A stretch of 64,000 nucleotides of DNA, taken from positions 1 to 64,000 of IMG/VR virus record IMGVR_UViG_3300045988_150292; one strand, written 5' to 3'. This document shows positions 8,463 to 16,296 of this stretch, in pieces. Positions within the stretch are counted from its first letter, which is position 1; each line of letters opens with the position of its first letter. Made by a program: the position numbers and the translations under genes. The notes under the pieces were generated by a model. It made no database searches. It was not told the DNA's origin and was given only the letters and a program-made list of their open reading frames with translations. This DNA is from a virus.

Positions 8463-8645
8463 ATGAATGCAAGACTTTTTTTCGACAAGGTGGTGGAAAT
8501 GCGCCGCCTACAAAAAGAATATTTCAAGTCAAGAAGTCTGTCTATCCTTGATAAGTCAAAGAAGATTGAAAGGGAGATTGACGATGAAATAAAGCGGGTG
8601 CAAACGATTGAATCCGCCAAGAAACAAAAAGGTCTATTTGATTAA
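8463..8645 (+). CDS. Small hypothetical protein
   Basis: Internal ATG of track ORF 8151..8645 (MNARLFFDKVVEMRRLQKEYF...). The upstream part of that ORF overlaps the previous gene. Confidence 0.4.
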   Translation: MNARLFFDKVVEMRRLQKEYFKSRSLSILDKSKKIEREIDDEIKRVQTIESAKKQKGLFD

Positions 8646-8673
8646 ATATGTTTCACTATAAAACAAAGCAGCA

Positions 8674-9171
8674 ATGAACAACAAGACAATGGGCAAGGAA
8701 ATTGCCAACCCAATCCAGCGTGAACAGTTCATCAAGGACAACGCGGATGCGTGCGAGAACAAGGGTTACATGAAGAAGTATATTGGAACTAAAGAAGTGA
8801 GTGCCACACCTGCATGGCAGATTGATGGAACAGTTTACCCGAAAGATGGTGTTGTCCCAAGATCAATGAACCGCAAGGATGGCTACAAAGTGGTTTATGA
8901 AGATGGCTACGAAAGCTGGTCTCCAAAAGATGTCTTTGAGAAGGCATACAAGCCTTCAGACACAGTTCTTGACAGACTCAAAATAGAGCGTGATGAACTA
9001 AAAGAGCGCATAGAGAAAATTGAAGCTTTATTAGGAAACGGCATTTACGAAGTGGTAAAAAAGGAAGGCGGTATACCACAGGCAGTACTGCTAATCCTAC
9101 AGGATTCCTATATGACAACCTACCTGAAAGTACTGGAAACGAGAATTGACTTGATGGAAGAGGGGAAGTAA
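8674..9171 (+). CDS. Hypothetical phage protein
   Basis: 165 aa. The DGYKVVYEDGYESWSPKDVFEKAY motif is common in small phage proteins. C-terminal coiled coil. Confidence 0.55.
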   Translation: MNNKTMGKEIANPIQREQFIKDNADACENKGYMKKYIGTKEVSATPAWQIDGTVYPKDGVVPRSMNRKDGYKVVYEDGYESWSPKDVFEKAYKPSDTVLDRLKIERDELKERIEKIEALLGNGIYEVVKKEGGIPQAVLLILQDSYMTTYLKVLETRIDLMEEGK

Positions 9172-9190
9172 CTAACCATCCTCTCCTTGG
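9168..9190 (+). repeat. Left copy of a ~20-nt direct repeat flanking the phosphatase cassette
   Basis: GTAACTAACCATCCTCTCCT here versus GTAACTAATCACCCTCTCCT at 9964-9983 (18/20 identical). Both start at a TAA stop codon. Confidence 0.6.
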
Positions 9191-9424
9191 TGAAATTAAG
9201 ATAATAATGAAGAAGTCGTGCTCAAATTAGATTGGTTGGCATTAGGTGTAGCCGTAAAATATCAATTACCGTTTGACAATTCACCTCAGAGCACTCTTAT
9301 GTGGAAAAGGCATCAAGCATTTAGTACACATCGAAGACCGTTAATGAGTGAAAGGCTCATAAAGACTCCAATCCGTTATTATTTTGGTGACAGCTGGGGG
9401 AGGATTTAAAATAGAAGAACAGTT

Positions 9425-9958
9425 ATGAATATAATGTTTGACAAGAGTGTGCTATTTATTGATTTGGATGGTACTTTAATCAAAACGGCATCAGGGAGTA
9501 CATTCCCCAAAGATTGCACTGACTTCATTATCCGAAAAGAAGTATTGGATAAAATCGCAGAAAAACTGCCAAATTTGTTTTGGATAGGTATCGTTACCAA
9601 TCAAGGAGGAATACCACAATTCATTTCAAAAAGAGACTTTAAAGCAAAGTTTGAAAGTATTATTCAATTTGTTGGCTCATATCTAGGAAGTAGAATCCCA
9701 AAGCTTTGTATTGAAGCAAAAGTTTTCGTAACGGGGTTGTACTGCTATTCTATAAAAGAGAGCGATAAGTACAGAAAACCGAATACAGGAATGCTAGAAA
9801 GGCTTCAAAAAGATTTTGGTGAATATTCTAAAAGTTCAATGATAATGATAGGTGATGCTAGTGGGAAGCCTGGAGACTTCTCTGACTCAGATAAGAAATG
9901 TGCTGAGAATTTTGGTATTGACTATATTGATGTTGAAGATTTTTTGAAACCATGGTAA
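9425..9958 (+). CDS. HAD-family polynucleotide/DNA 3'-phosphatase (PNK3P-like)
   Basis: FIDLDGTLIKTASGSTFPKD (motif I), IVTNQGGI (motif II), YRKPNTGM, and MIGDASGKPGDFSDSDKKCAENFGIDYIDVEDF match the PNKP phosphatase-domain pattern. Confidence 0.75.
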   Translation: MNIMFDKSVLFIDLDGTLIKTASGSTFPKDCTDFIIRKEVLDKIAEKLPNLFWIGIVTNQGGIPQFISKRDFKAKFESIIQFVGSYLGSRIPKLCIEAKVFVTGLYCYSIKESDKYRKPNTGMLERLQKDFGEYSKSSMIMIGDASGKPGDFSDSDKKCAENFGIDYIDVEDFLKPW

Positions 9959-9962
9959 CAGC

Positions 9963-9999
9963 GGTAACTAATCACCCTCTCCTGTAAAAGGTAGAGGGT
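9963..9999 (+). repeat. Right copy of the direct repeat plus a hairpin
   Basis: GGTAACTAATCACCCTCTCCTG, then the stem ACCCTCT(9973-9979)/AGAGGGT(9993-9999). Confidence 0.55.
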
Positions 10000-10015
10000 A
10001 AAAATATAAAGAATC

Positions 10016-10222
10016 ATGAAAATACTATACAGAATACTGGTAATCCTGCTTTGGATTCCTGTGTTAGTCAATGTTGCCATAGGACTGCCGATATGCTTTC
10101 TGATTTCTCCATTCGTTTTCCTTTTTACAGGAAAGACTAAAGGTCTTTTTTTTGAAATGTATCTTATGCTTCTTGACAAGATGATAGATATACTTGAATA
10201 TTATATAAAGAAAGGAGAGTAA
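10016..10222 (+). CDS. Small membrane protein
   Basis: 68 aa with two hydrophobic helices, in the AT-rich island. Confidence 0.5.
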   Translation: MKILYRILVILLWIPVLVNVAIGLPICFLISPFVFLFTGKTKGLFFEMYLMLLDKMIDILEYYIKKGE

Positions 10223-10223
10223 T

Positions 10224-10523
10224 ATGACAATTATCCTTATTATTGGAATGCTATATATGGTTGTGGGTCTTTTAATAAGTCTCATTTGTTTATTCTTAAA
10301 ACGATATGATAGTATAGGTTGGACAATAGCTCTCACCCTTAATATAGCAGGAATATTAAATGTTATAATTTATCATGCTACTGAAGCCCCATCAGCCCTT
10401 GATGATGAAGGCAAAATCTCCTTTGCCCACATCGTAGACCCTAACATAGCAAAATACTACAAAGGTTGGAATATCCCAGGCGTGCTTTATTGGATGCCAT
10501 TTAGTAACCCTTTAGAATTTTAA
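10224..10523 (+). CDS. Small membrane protein
   Basis: 99 aa with two or three hydrophobic helices. Starts 2 nt after the previous stop. Confidence 0.5.
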   Translation: MTIILIIGMLYMVVGLLISLICLFLKRYDSIGWTIALTLNIAGILNVIIYHATEAPSALDDEGKISFAHIVDPNIAKYYKGWNIPGVLYWMPFSNPLEF

Positions 10524-10527
10524 GATT

Positions 10528-10692
10528 ATGACAAACGTCGAATTAATAAAAAAACTACTGACAACAGTAGAAAATCGTGGTGTGCTTCCTGTTTATATAG
10601 ACGCAGCAATACTCATAGATTATAGATGTGGCGAAGATTCTGTTAAAGATGTTGTATGCCATGATGAATATGTAACACTTTATAATTATTAG
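10528..10692 (+). CDS. Small protein, tandem paralog A (54 aa; below the ORF-track cutoff)
   Basis: MTNVELIKKLLTTVENRGVLPVYIDAAILIDYRCGEDSVKDVVCHDEYVTLYNY*. Similar to the next ORF. Confidence 0.55.
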   Translation: MTNVELIKKLLTTVENRGVLPVYIDAAILIDYRCGEDSVKDVVCHDEYVTLYNY

Positions 10693-10695
10693 AAT

Positions 10696-10848
10696 ATGAC
10701 GAATGTAGAGTTGATAGAAGAATTGCAGAAATCAGTAGGCAAATATGGGGAACTGCCTGTTAAAATAGACATAGAAGCCCTCAAAAATGAAATGTCTATT
10801 GAAGATGTTAGATGTAATGGTGTGTATGTAACAATTTATGATTATTAG
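10696..10848 (+). CDS. Small protein, tandem paralog B (50 aa)
   Basis: MTNVELIEELQKSVGKYGELPVKIDIEALKNEMSIEDVRCNGVYVTIYDY*. Shares the same TTAGAATATG start context. Confidence 0.55.
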   Translation: MTNVELIEELQKSVGKYGELPVKIDIEALKNEMSIEDVRCNGVYVTIYDY

Positions 10849-10851
10849 AAT

Positions 10852-11271
10852 ATGGACAGAGAACAAGCTAAAGCCCTTCTGCCTATCATGCAGGCTTATT
10901 CAGAAGGCAAAACAATACAGTTTCTAAAACCTGATAGCGATGAATGGAGAGATGTCTTGAGAAACGAAAATAATGAAATCAACTTTGAAGACCTTGCAAG
11001 ATATGAGGTCTGTTATCGGGTAAAGCCAGAGCCAAAATGTCGTCCTTTCAAAAACGCAGAGGAGTGTTGGGCTGAAATGTTGAAGCATACACCCTTCGGA
11101 TGGGTAGAAAGTTTAAAGTCAAACGCTATGTATGAAATACAATGTCTGAAAAGAGGGGGTGGTGGTAAAATATATTCATACGATGATATTTTCTTTAGCA
11201 ATTTTGAAGAATTTTTTAAAGGTTATAAGTTTGCCGATGGAACTCCTTTCGGTATTTTAGAGGAGGAATGA
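10852..11271 (+). CDS. Hypothetical protein; its C-terminal domain is paralogous to 11711..12205
   Basis: YRVKPEPKCRPFKNAEECWAEMLKHTPFGW...FADGTPFGILEE versus YRIKPEYRPFANAQECLEEMKKHIPFGW...FLDGTPFGIRENF. Confidence 0.6.
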   Translation: MDREQAKALLPIMQAYSEGKTIQFLKPDSDEWRDVLRNENNEINFEDLARYEVCYRVKPEPKCRPFKNAEECWAEMLKHTPFGWVESLKSNAMYEIQCLKRGGGGKIYSYDDIFFSNFEEFFKGYKFADGTPFGILEEE

Positions 11272-11468
11272 ATATGGCATGGTTAGCAGTAGATAAAGAT
11301 GGTACAGAATGTATATGTAGCACTGAGCCTTATCGAGATTGGGTGGATTTTATGTGGTGCGTTGAAAATATTTTCGACTCCTGTGCTATAGGACTTCCAA
11401 AAGGTACAATTAAAAAAATTCTTGGAAGAAAACTTACATGGGAAGACGAACCTGTGGAACTTACATAG
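11268..11468 (+). CDS. Small hypothetical protein
   Basis: 66 aa. ATGA overlap with the upstream gene. Confidence 0.5.
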   Translation: MNMAWLAVDKDGTECICSTEPYRDWVDFMWCVENIFDSCAIGLPKGTIKKILGRKLTWEDEPVELT

Positions 11469-11508
11469 AATTAATAACTTGCAGATATGACAAAGACAAA
11501 GTAACAAT

Positions 11509-11703
11509 ATGAAAGAACTTAAAATAGGTGAAAAGGTAACAATAACCCTTGAAGTAGTAGAACAAAAAGGCTGTGACGGATGTTTTTTTTATGATAGAAT
11601 CAATTGCTATACCACGCCTATTAATGAAGGCATGGAAGGTCTTCAGTGTTCCGCAAGATACCGTTCTGACGGTAAAGATGTAATTTTTAAATTGATAAAT
11701 TAG
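11509..11703 (+). CDS. Small hypothetical protein
   Basis: 64-aa ORF. Confidence 0.45.
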   Translation: MKELKIGEKVTITLEVVEQKGCDGCFFYDRINCYTTPINEGMEGLQCSARYRSDGKDVIFKLIN

Positions 11704-11710
11704 TGAATGT

Positions 11711-12205
11711 ATGATAAATCTTATAGAAAAACTTAAAGACTGTCCTAAAAGGACAAAACTCTATTCCCCTGTATTTGGAGAAGTGGAGCTTATAAAAATT
11801 GAAACAGAAGATTTTGTCTGTCCTATTATAGTTAGAGTGTTAGATGATAAGGCTCCATATAACAAAACAGCTTTTACAGCTGAAGGCAAATGGTATAACA
11901 CTGAACAAAGTGAATGTTTGCTATTTCCATCAAAAGATAACAGAGATTGGAATAAGTTTGATTACCGCATTAAACCTGAATATCGTCCATTTGCTAATGC
12001 ACAAGAGTGCCTTGAGGAGATGAAAAAACATATACCATTCGGATGGCTTAAAAACAAGGATTCTTCTTATCCCATTGAAATGATTGGTACTAACTTTAGT
12101 AAGGGATGGATAAAATGCTATGGAATATGGTTTACTCCAGAGAAAATGTTTAAAGATACCACCTTCCTTGATGGAACACCCTTCGGTATTAGGGAGAATT
12201 TCTAA
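11711..12205 (+). CDS. Hypothetical protein, paralog of 10852..11271
   Basis: Shares the C-terminal domain described for 10852..11271. Confidence 0.6.
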   Translation: MINLIEKLKDCPKRTKLYSPVFGEVELIKIETEDFVCPIIVRVLDDKAPYNKTAFTAEGKWYNTEQSECLLFPSKDNRDWNKFDYRIKPEYRPFANAQECLEEMKKHIPFGWLKNKDSSYPIEMIGTNFSKGWIKCYGIWFTPEKMFKDTTFLDGTPFGIRENF

Positions 12206-12285
12206 TAAAGGTATTTTATCGAAGAAGACGGCGTTCCACTATTGCTTAGTTCAGAAGAAATATCGAAATTTAAAACAAAACAACA

Positions 12286-12615
12286 ATGAAAAAACTCACT
12301 TGCAAACTCAAAGCCCTGTGGAATATCCTCACGGCTCACGCATCTTGGTATTGCACATTCAGCAAGAAGGATGCTCCCTTCGTAGAAGCCGACATGCTGC
12401 ATTCCGTCATCCTCACCGCCGCCAGGAAACTTGTCGAGGCGGAAGTGATAAACGAAACGCGTCTGAATATGATACAGGACATTCTCGAAGACCGTTCCGT
12501 AGTCCTCCACACCGTAGCCTTGTCCGACAAGGATCTGCAAGTCCCCACACACTTTGTCTCCTACGACGCCACCGACGAGGACATTGACCTAATGAAGGAA
12601 GACGAGTTTATCTAA
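12286..12615 (+). CDS. Hypothetical protein
   Basis: 109-aa ORF. GC content returns to the backbone level here. Confidence 0.5.
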   Translation: MKKLTCKLKALWNILTAHASWYCTFSKKDAPFVEADMLHSVILTAARKLVEAEVINETRLNMIQDILEDRSVVLHTVALSDKDLQVPTHFVSYDATDEDIDLMKEDEFI

Positions 12616-12652
12616 AATCCAGAACGTCCAGAACATCTAAAAACAATACAAT

Positions 12653-13096
12653 ATGATAAAAGTAAAAATCCAACTCCTGCATCCCGATGCGAAAATCCCC
12701 TTCAAGACCTACGAAGAAGACTACTGCTACGACTGTGTGGCGGTCTCCGAAGAAGAGCTTGCACCGAACGTGTGGAAATACAAACTCGGCTTCGCCATCC
12801 AAAATGACGAACTGCTGACAGATTTATTCAACGCCGCCTTCACGCTTCGTCCCCGTTCCTCTATATGGGAGACAGGAATGGTGATGAGCAACAGCATTGC
12901 AACGATAGACGAACCGTTCACCGGCGAACTTTCCTGCGTCTTCTACCACGTTATGCCGGATATGCCTCGTTATCGTGTCGGCGACAAGGTCTGCCAGCTT
13001 CATTTCGATTCCACCTATCGCCTTAATTTCGTGCCTGTCAAAGAGCTTACACCCACGGCAAGGGGAAACAAGGGTTACGGCAGCACAGGACATTAA
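12653..13096 (+). CDS. dut: dUTP diphosphatase
   Basis: 147 aa with dUTPase motifs: PRSSI, IATIDEPFTGEL, GDKVCQL and a C-terminal RGNKGYGSTG. Confidence 0.8.
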   Translation: MIKVKIQLLHPDAKIPFKTYEEDYCYDCVAVSEEELAPNVWKYKLGFAIQNDELLTDLFNAAFTLRPRSSIWETGMVMSNSIATIDEPFTGELSCVFYHVMPDMPRYRVGDKVCQLHFDSTYRLNFVPVKELTPTARGNKGYGSTGH

Positions 13097-13110
13097 CCAT
13101 CTAACCCCAA

Positions 13111-13503
13111 ATGCTTATGAACAAATCACACTTAGCACTCCTCCGCTCTAACTACGAGAACGCCTGCAATGCCTACCTCAAAGCCTTCTGCCAAAAGCAC
13201 GGCTTCTCCGAAGCCTACTGGGTAGCCGACAGGGTGGGCGAGATAGCTGACTGCAACGAGACCTACACCTTCGAAATGTCAACCATCCGTACCGACATCG
13301 ACGAGGACGCACCCGAAGAGCAACTCCTTGAGTGGCATTCCTACACTGAGGAAGCCGACCTCTTCAACCTCACCACCCCCAACTTCCATCACTGGCTACA
13401 CGGATGCCCACGCTCCTCTCCCGAGGAACTGCAGAAGCTAAGGGACATGCGGCAGGAGTTTGAAGACAAGATAAAGGAAATCAACAAACACAACTCATTC
13501 TAA
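13111..13503 (+). CDS. Hypothetical protein (last gene of the + block)
   Basis: 130-aa ORF, followed by a convergent junction. Confidence 0.5.
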   Translation: MLMNKSHLALLRSNYENACNAYLKAFCQKHGFSEAYWVADRVGEIADCNETYTFEMSTIRTDIDEDAPEEQLLEWHSYTEEADLFNLTTPNFHHWLHGCPRSSPEELQKLRDMRQEFEDKIKEINKHNSF

Positions 13504-13549
13504 AAAAATCCTCATCAAGTTGTCTGATGCAGCCTGGTGGGGATTTTTT

Positions 13550-14050
13550 TCATTTGCGCCCTTTTCTGATGAAGAGCTTTCCGATCCTCCAACACTGACG
13601 CGTAGCAAAAGCATACACATACAGGGCACAGGTGAGGATGATTAGGATAAGGTCGGCGTCATACATCTCGTTGGTAATAAGCCACGATCCGTAAAACATC
13701 CTTATCACGTTCACACCAATAAGATATACGAACGGAATCCTGTATATCCAGCACAACTGGTAGAAATAGCTTGCCGGCATCATCATCAACACAGGGAATA
13801 CATAGGTCATGCAATACAGGTACACCAGACTACTTTCATTCTCTTCTATGTTCACTATAATCTCACGTGGGTTGGAATGAAAATCGAACACTCCATACCA
13901 ATGTGCGAGCATTATTACCAACGGGACGTATTTCAACGCCCATTCATACCACCAGAACGTTCCTTTGTTCAGTGGTAGCTTGTTTTCCGACTCTTCCATA
14001 AACTTACGGTTTGGTTGGTTATCTTTAGATTTTATTATTTTTCTTTGCAA
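13550..14050 (-). CDS. Multi-pass membrane protein
   Basis: 166 aa with four or more hydrophobic helices. Confidence 0.5.
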   Translation of the reverse strand: MQRKIIKSKDNQPNRKFMEESENKLPLNKGTFWWYEWALKYVPLVIMLAHWYGVFDFHSNPREIIVNIEENESSLVYLYCMTYVFPVLMMMPASYFYQLCWIYRIPFVYLIGVNVIRMFYGSWLITNEMYDADLILIILTCALYVYAFATRQCWRIGKLFIRKGRK

Positions 14051-14139
14051 ATTTAGCCATTAAAACTAAAGAATTGTTATTTCTGTTAGCGTTGGTTAAC
14101 AGATTTAACAACCCTTAGTGATAGAAATGACATATCGTT

Positions 14140-14496
14140 TCATTTCCTCATGGCATTCATATAATGCCATATTTTGCTACCCTCCAGTCCGTAGTCCTCA
14201 TCATTGAAGTAGAACTCATAGGCTGCTTTCAGTATCTCCCCGTCAGAGAGCACGGCGCAGGTGTCGGCATAGAAGCTGTTATATGCCACAAACTTGTCCC
14301 ACTCCGTTGTCCCTTCAGGAAAATCCAGTCCCTTTGTGGCTTCCTCTATCATCAGTGCGCTCCATTTCGGTTCTGTGTGTGTCACTCCGTCCTTGTCGGT
14401 ATATTTCAGCCCCTTCATCGCCATTTCTGCGGTTTTCTCACAAAAATGCGGCTCATGTGCCATTTTTACGGCATTTAAGAATATATACATCACCAT
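14140..14496 (-). CDS. Hypothetical protein
   Basis: 118-aa ORF. An alternative start is at 14463. Confidence 0.5.
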   Translation of the reverse strand: MVMYIFLNAVKMAHEPHFCEKTAEMAMKGLKYTDKDGVTHTEPKWSALMIEEATKGLDFPEGTTEWDKFVAYNSFYADTCAVLSDGEILKAAYEFYFNDEDYGLEGSKIWHYMNAMRK

Positions 14497-14507
14497 AGTC
14501 CTTCCTC

Positions 14508-14984
14508 CTAACTTAGTTTATCCACAAGCGTCCTCACAAGTCCTTTCAGCTCGTTCATGCCGCTTTCAAGCGAACCGATGCGCTCGTCCTGTTTCTTTTT
14601 CTCGGCAAACGCGGGATTCCACTCTTCTTTTATCCTCTCGCAGTCCTTCTTTCTCGCCTCGTGCTTTGCCACACTGTTTATGATGTCGGTGCTCTCGGCC
14701 TCCAGTGCGTCCACTTCTTTGAGTATTCCTTCCCTGTCTACGCTGAGTATCGTGTTTCCTGCGCTCACAACCGAAGAGTCTGCCGGCATGGTGTAGGTGT
14801 TGTTTGCTCCGTTGGTCTCCACGGTCACATCAACAACCGTTGACGATGCCGTTCCGCCGCCGCTGTATTGCGGAAAGCGTGGCTGGGTAATCGCCGTCAC
14901 CCTGCCTATCTCTTCTCTCAGTCCCTCGTCACCCTTGTGCAGCATATACACCGGGTGTCCTTTCTTTATGTCCTTGAACGTCAT
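14508..14984 (-). CDS. Hypothetical protein
   Basis: 158-aa ORF with a C-terminal coiled coil. Confidence 0.5.
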   Translation of the reverse strand: MTFKDIKKGHPVYMLHKGDEGLREEIGRVTAITQPRFPQYSGGGTASSTVVDVTVETNGANNTYTMPADSSVVSAGNTILSVDREGILKEVDALEAESTDIINSVAKHEARKKDCERIKEEWNPAFAEKKKQDERIGSLESGMNELKGLVRTLVDKLS

Positions 14985-15010
14985 AATCTCTGTCTTTTTG
15001 GTTATACAAT

Positions 15011-15041
15011 AAAAGCGGCATCCCGACTTGTGGAATACCGC
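15011..15041. repeat. Cassette-boundary element, copy A
   Basis: AAAAGCGGCATCCCGACTTGTGGAATACCGC is identical over 31 nt to 18096-18126. It is an imperfect inverted copy of 16194-16220. Confidence 0.85.
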
Positions 15042-15102
15042 TTTAGAATAAGGGGGAACAATGCTTTGGCACTGTTCCCTGAATCCCTAATTTGTGTAAA
15101 AG

Positions 15103-16134
15103 TTATAATTTTTCTGGAGGATTTTTCTTATTCCGTTTCAATTTCTTTATATCTTCATCAAGTTCTTTTAAACTCTCGATCTTCCTTTGTTGCTTTAATT
15201 TCTCCTTATATTCCTTATATACAAGTTGGACTTTCTTTTTAGCCATTTCCTTACTGATTTTCCCTTTGGTTTCAAGGATATTCTTCCTGTTCATCGTAAG
15301 AATAACATTCAGGCTCTTCTCCCAGTCTGCCATCATCATTGGTATGTGATTATAAGCCTGAGCTTCGGCAAAAGAAAGATATTGGTCAACTATGTATTTC
15401 AGATTCTCAATTTCCTCTTTATTTAGATAGTTCTTGCCTATACCAACATCAGAAGCTTTGACTATACCCTCATTCTCCGTAGAGGTAAGCCCCATCATTG
15501 GTAGTTCTGCATTTGCACGATAATATACGAGTTCAGCAGCCGTATGACCACTTACCGCCCATATTAATTTATTCTGAATAGCAGCAAAGAACTCTATGGT
15601 TTTCCTATCGTCTTTGTCATAGTCCGCACTGAGTTTGTAGATGTCCTTTATTTGCTGATAAAAGACCCTTTCAGATATACGTATCTGCCTAATGCGACTG
15701 AGTAACTCTTTGAAATAAGTCAAAGACTGCCCTTTGGTGAATCGCTTGTCATCAAGTACATATCCCTTGACAAGATACTCTTTCAAAGTTTTTCTTGCCC
15801 ATATCCTGAATTGAGTGGCACGCTTGCTATTAACACGGAAACCAACAGACACTATAGCATCAAGATTATAGAACTTGACTTTTCTTTTGACGCTACGTTC
15901 CCCTTCTTGACGAACAACTAAAGAATCCTTAGTAGTTGCTTTTTCATCAAGTTCGCCTTCGTTAAAGACATTCCTTAGATGGATAATCACATTCTCTTTG
16001 GTACAGCCGAATAAATCTGCCATACCCTTTTGTGTAAGCCATATAGTTTCGTTGATAGCGTCTATTTGTACGTTTATTTCGCCGTTTTCGCCACTAAATA
16101 TGACTATTTCTCCGAAATTATTATTTTCTTCCAT
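15103..16134 (-). CDS. rhuM: RhuM-family protein
   Basis: IWLTQKGMADLFGCTKENVIIHLRNVF...FYNLDAIVSVGFRVNSKRATQFRIWARKTLKEYLVKGYVLDDKRF is the RhuM-family signature. The start is moved to MEENNNF at 16134, downstream of a -7 box. Confidence 0.75.
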   Translation of the reverse strand: MEENNNFGEIVIFSGENGEINVQIDAINETIWLTQKGMADLFGCTKENVIIHLRNVFNEGELDEKATTKDSLVVRQEGERSVKRKVKFYNLDAIVSVGFRVNSKRATQFRIWARKTLKEYLVKGYVLDDKRFTKGQSLTYFKELLSRIRQIRISERVFYQQIKDIYKLSADYDKDDRKTIEFFAAIQNKLIWAVSGHTAAELVYYRANAELPMMGLTSTENEGIVKASDVGIGKNYLNKEEIENLKYIVDQYLSFAEAQAYNHIPMMMADWEKSLNVILTMNRKNILETKGKISKEMAKKKVQLVYKEYKEKLKQQRKIESLKELDEDIKKLKRNKKNPPEKL

Positions 16135-16156
16135 ATCATTATAACTTTTACATATG

Positions 16157-16164
16157 CAAATATA
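16157..16164 (-). promoter_or_regulatory. Bacteroidota-type -7 box (TATATTTG) for rhuM
   Basis: The reverse complement of CAAATATA matches TAnnTTTG, 22 nt upstream of the ATG. Confidence 0.45.
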
Positions 16165-16193
16165 CTGCAAAATAATGATACTGCAAAATTCAA

Positions 16194-16220
16194 GCGGTAT
16201 TCCAACAAGTCAAAGAACGC
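16194..16220. repeat. Cassette-boundary element, copy C (inverted relative to A)
   Basis: GCGGTATTCCAACAAGTCAAAGAACGC. Its reverse complement shares GACTTGT(T)GGAATACCGC with copy A. It is 26/27 identical to 18953-18979. Confidence 0.8.
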
Positions 16221-16244
16221 TTCATTTCCTTTTCTTTCCTAAAC

Positions 16245-16290
16245 GGAAGAGCCTCCGCACGGACTTCTTCTCCGTAGGCGCAGGCTCCTC
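16245..16290 (-). terminator. Long imperfect hairpin downstream of the 16297 gene
   Basis: GAGCCTCCGCACGGA...TCCGTAGGCGCAGGCTC. The inner stem ACGGA/TCCGT is perfect. Confidence 0.4.
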
Positions 16291-16296
16291 CTTAAT

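Noticed and set aside
9218-9409. A 63-aa ORF in the gap upstream of the phosphatase gene
   Set aside because: It has a non-ATG start and unremarkable composition, and nothing supports it beyond being open. It is left unannotated.
13504-13549. A bidirectional intrinsic terminator at the 13503/13550 convergent junction
   Set aside because: The A-run and T-run flanks pair (AAAAATCC/GGATTTTT), but the enclosed 30 nt do not form a compact stem. This is too weak to annotate.
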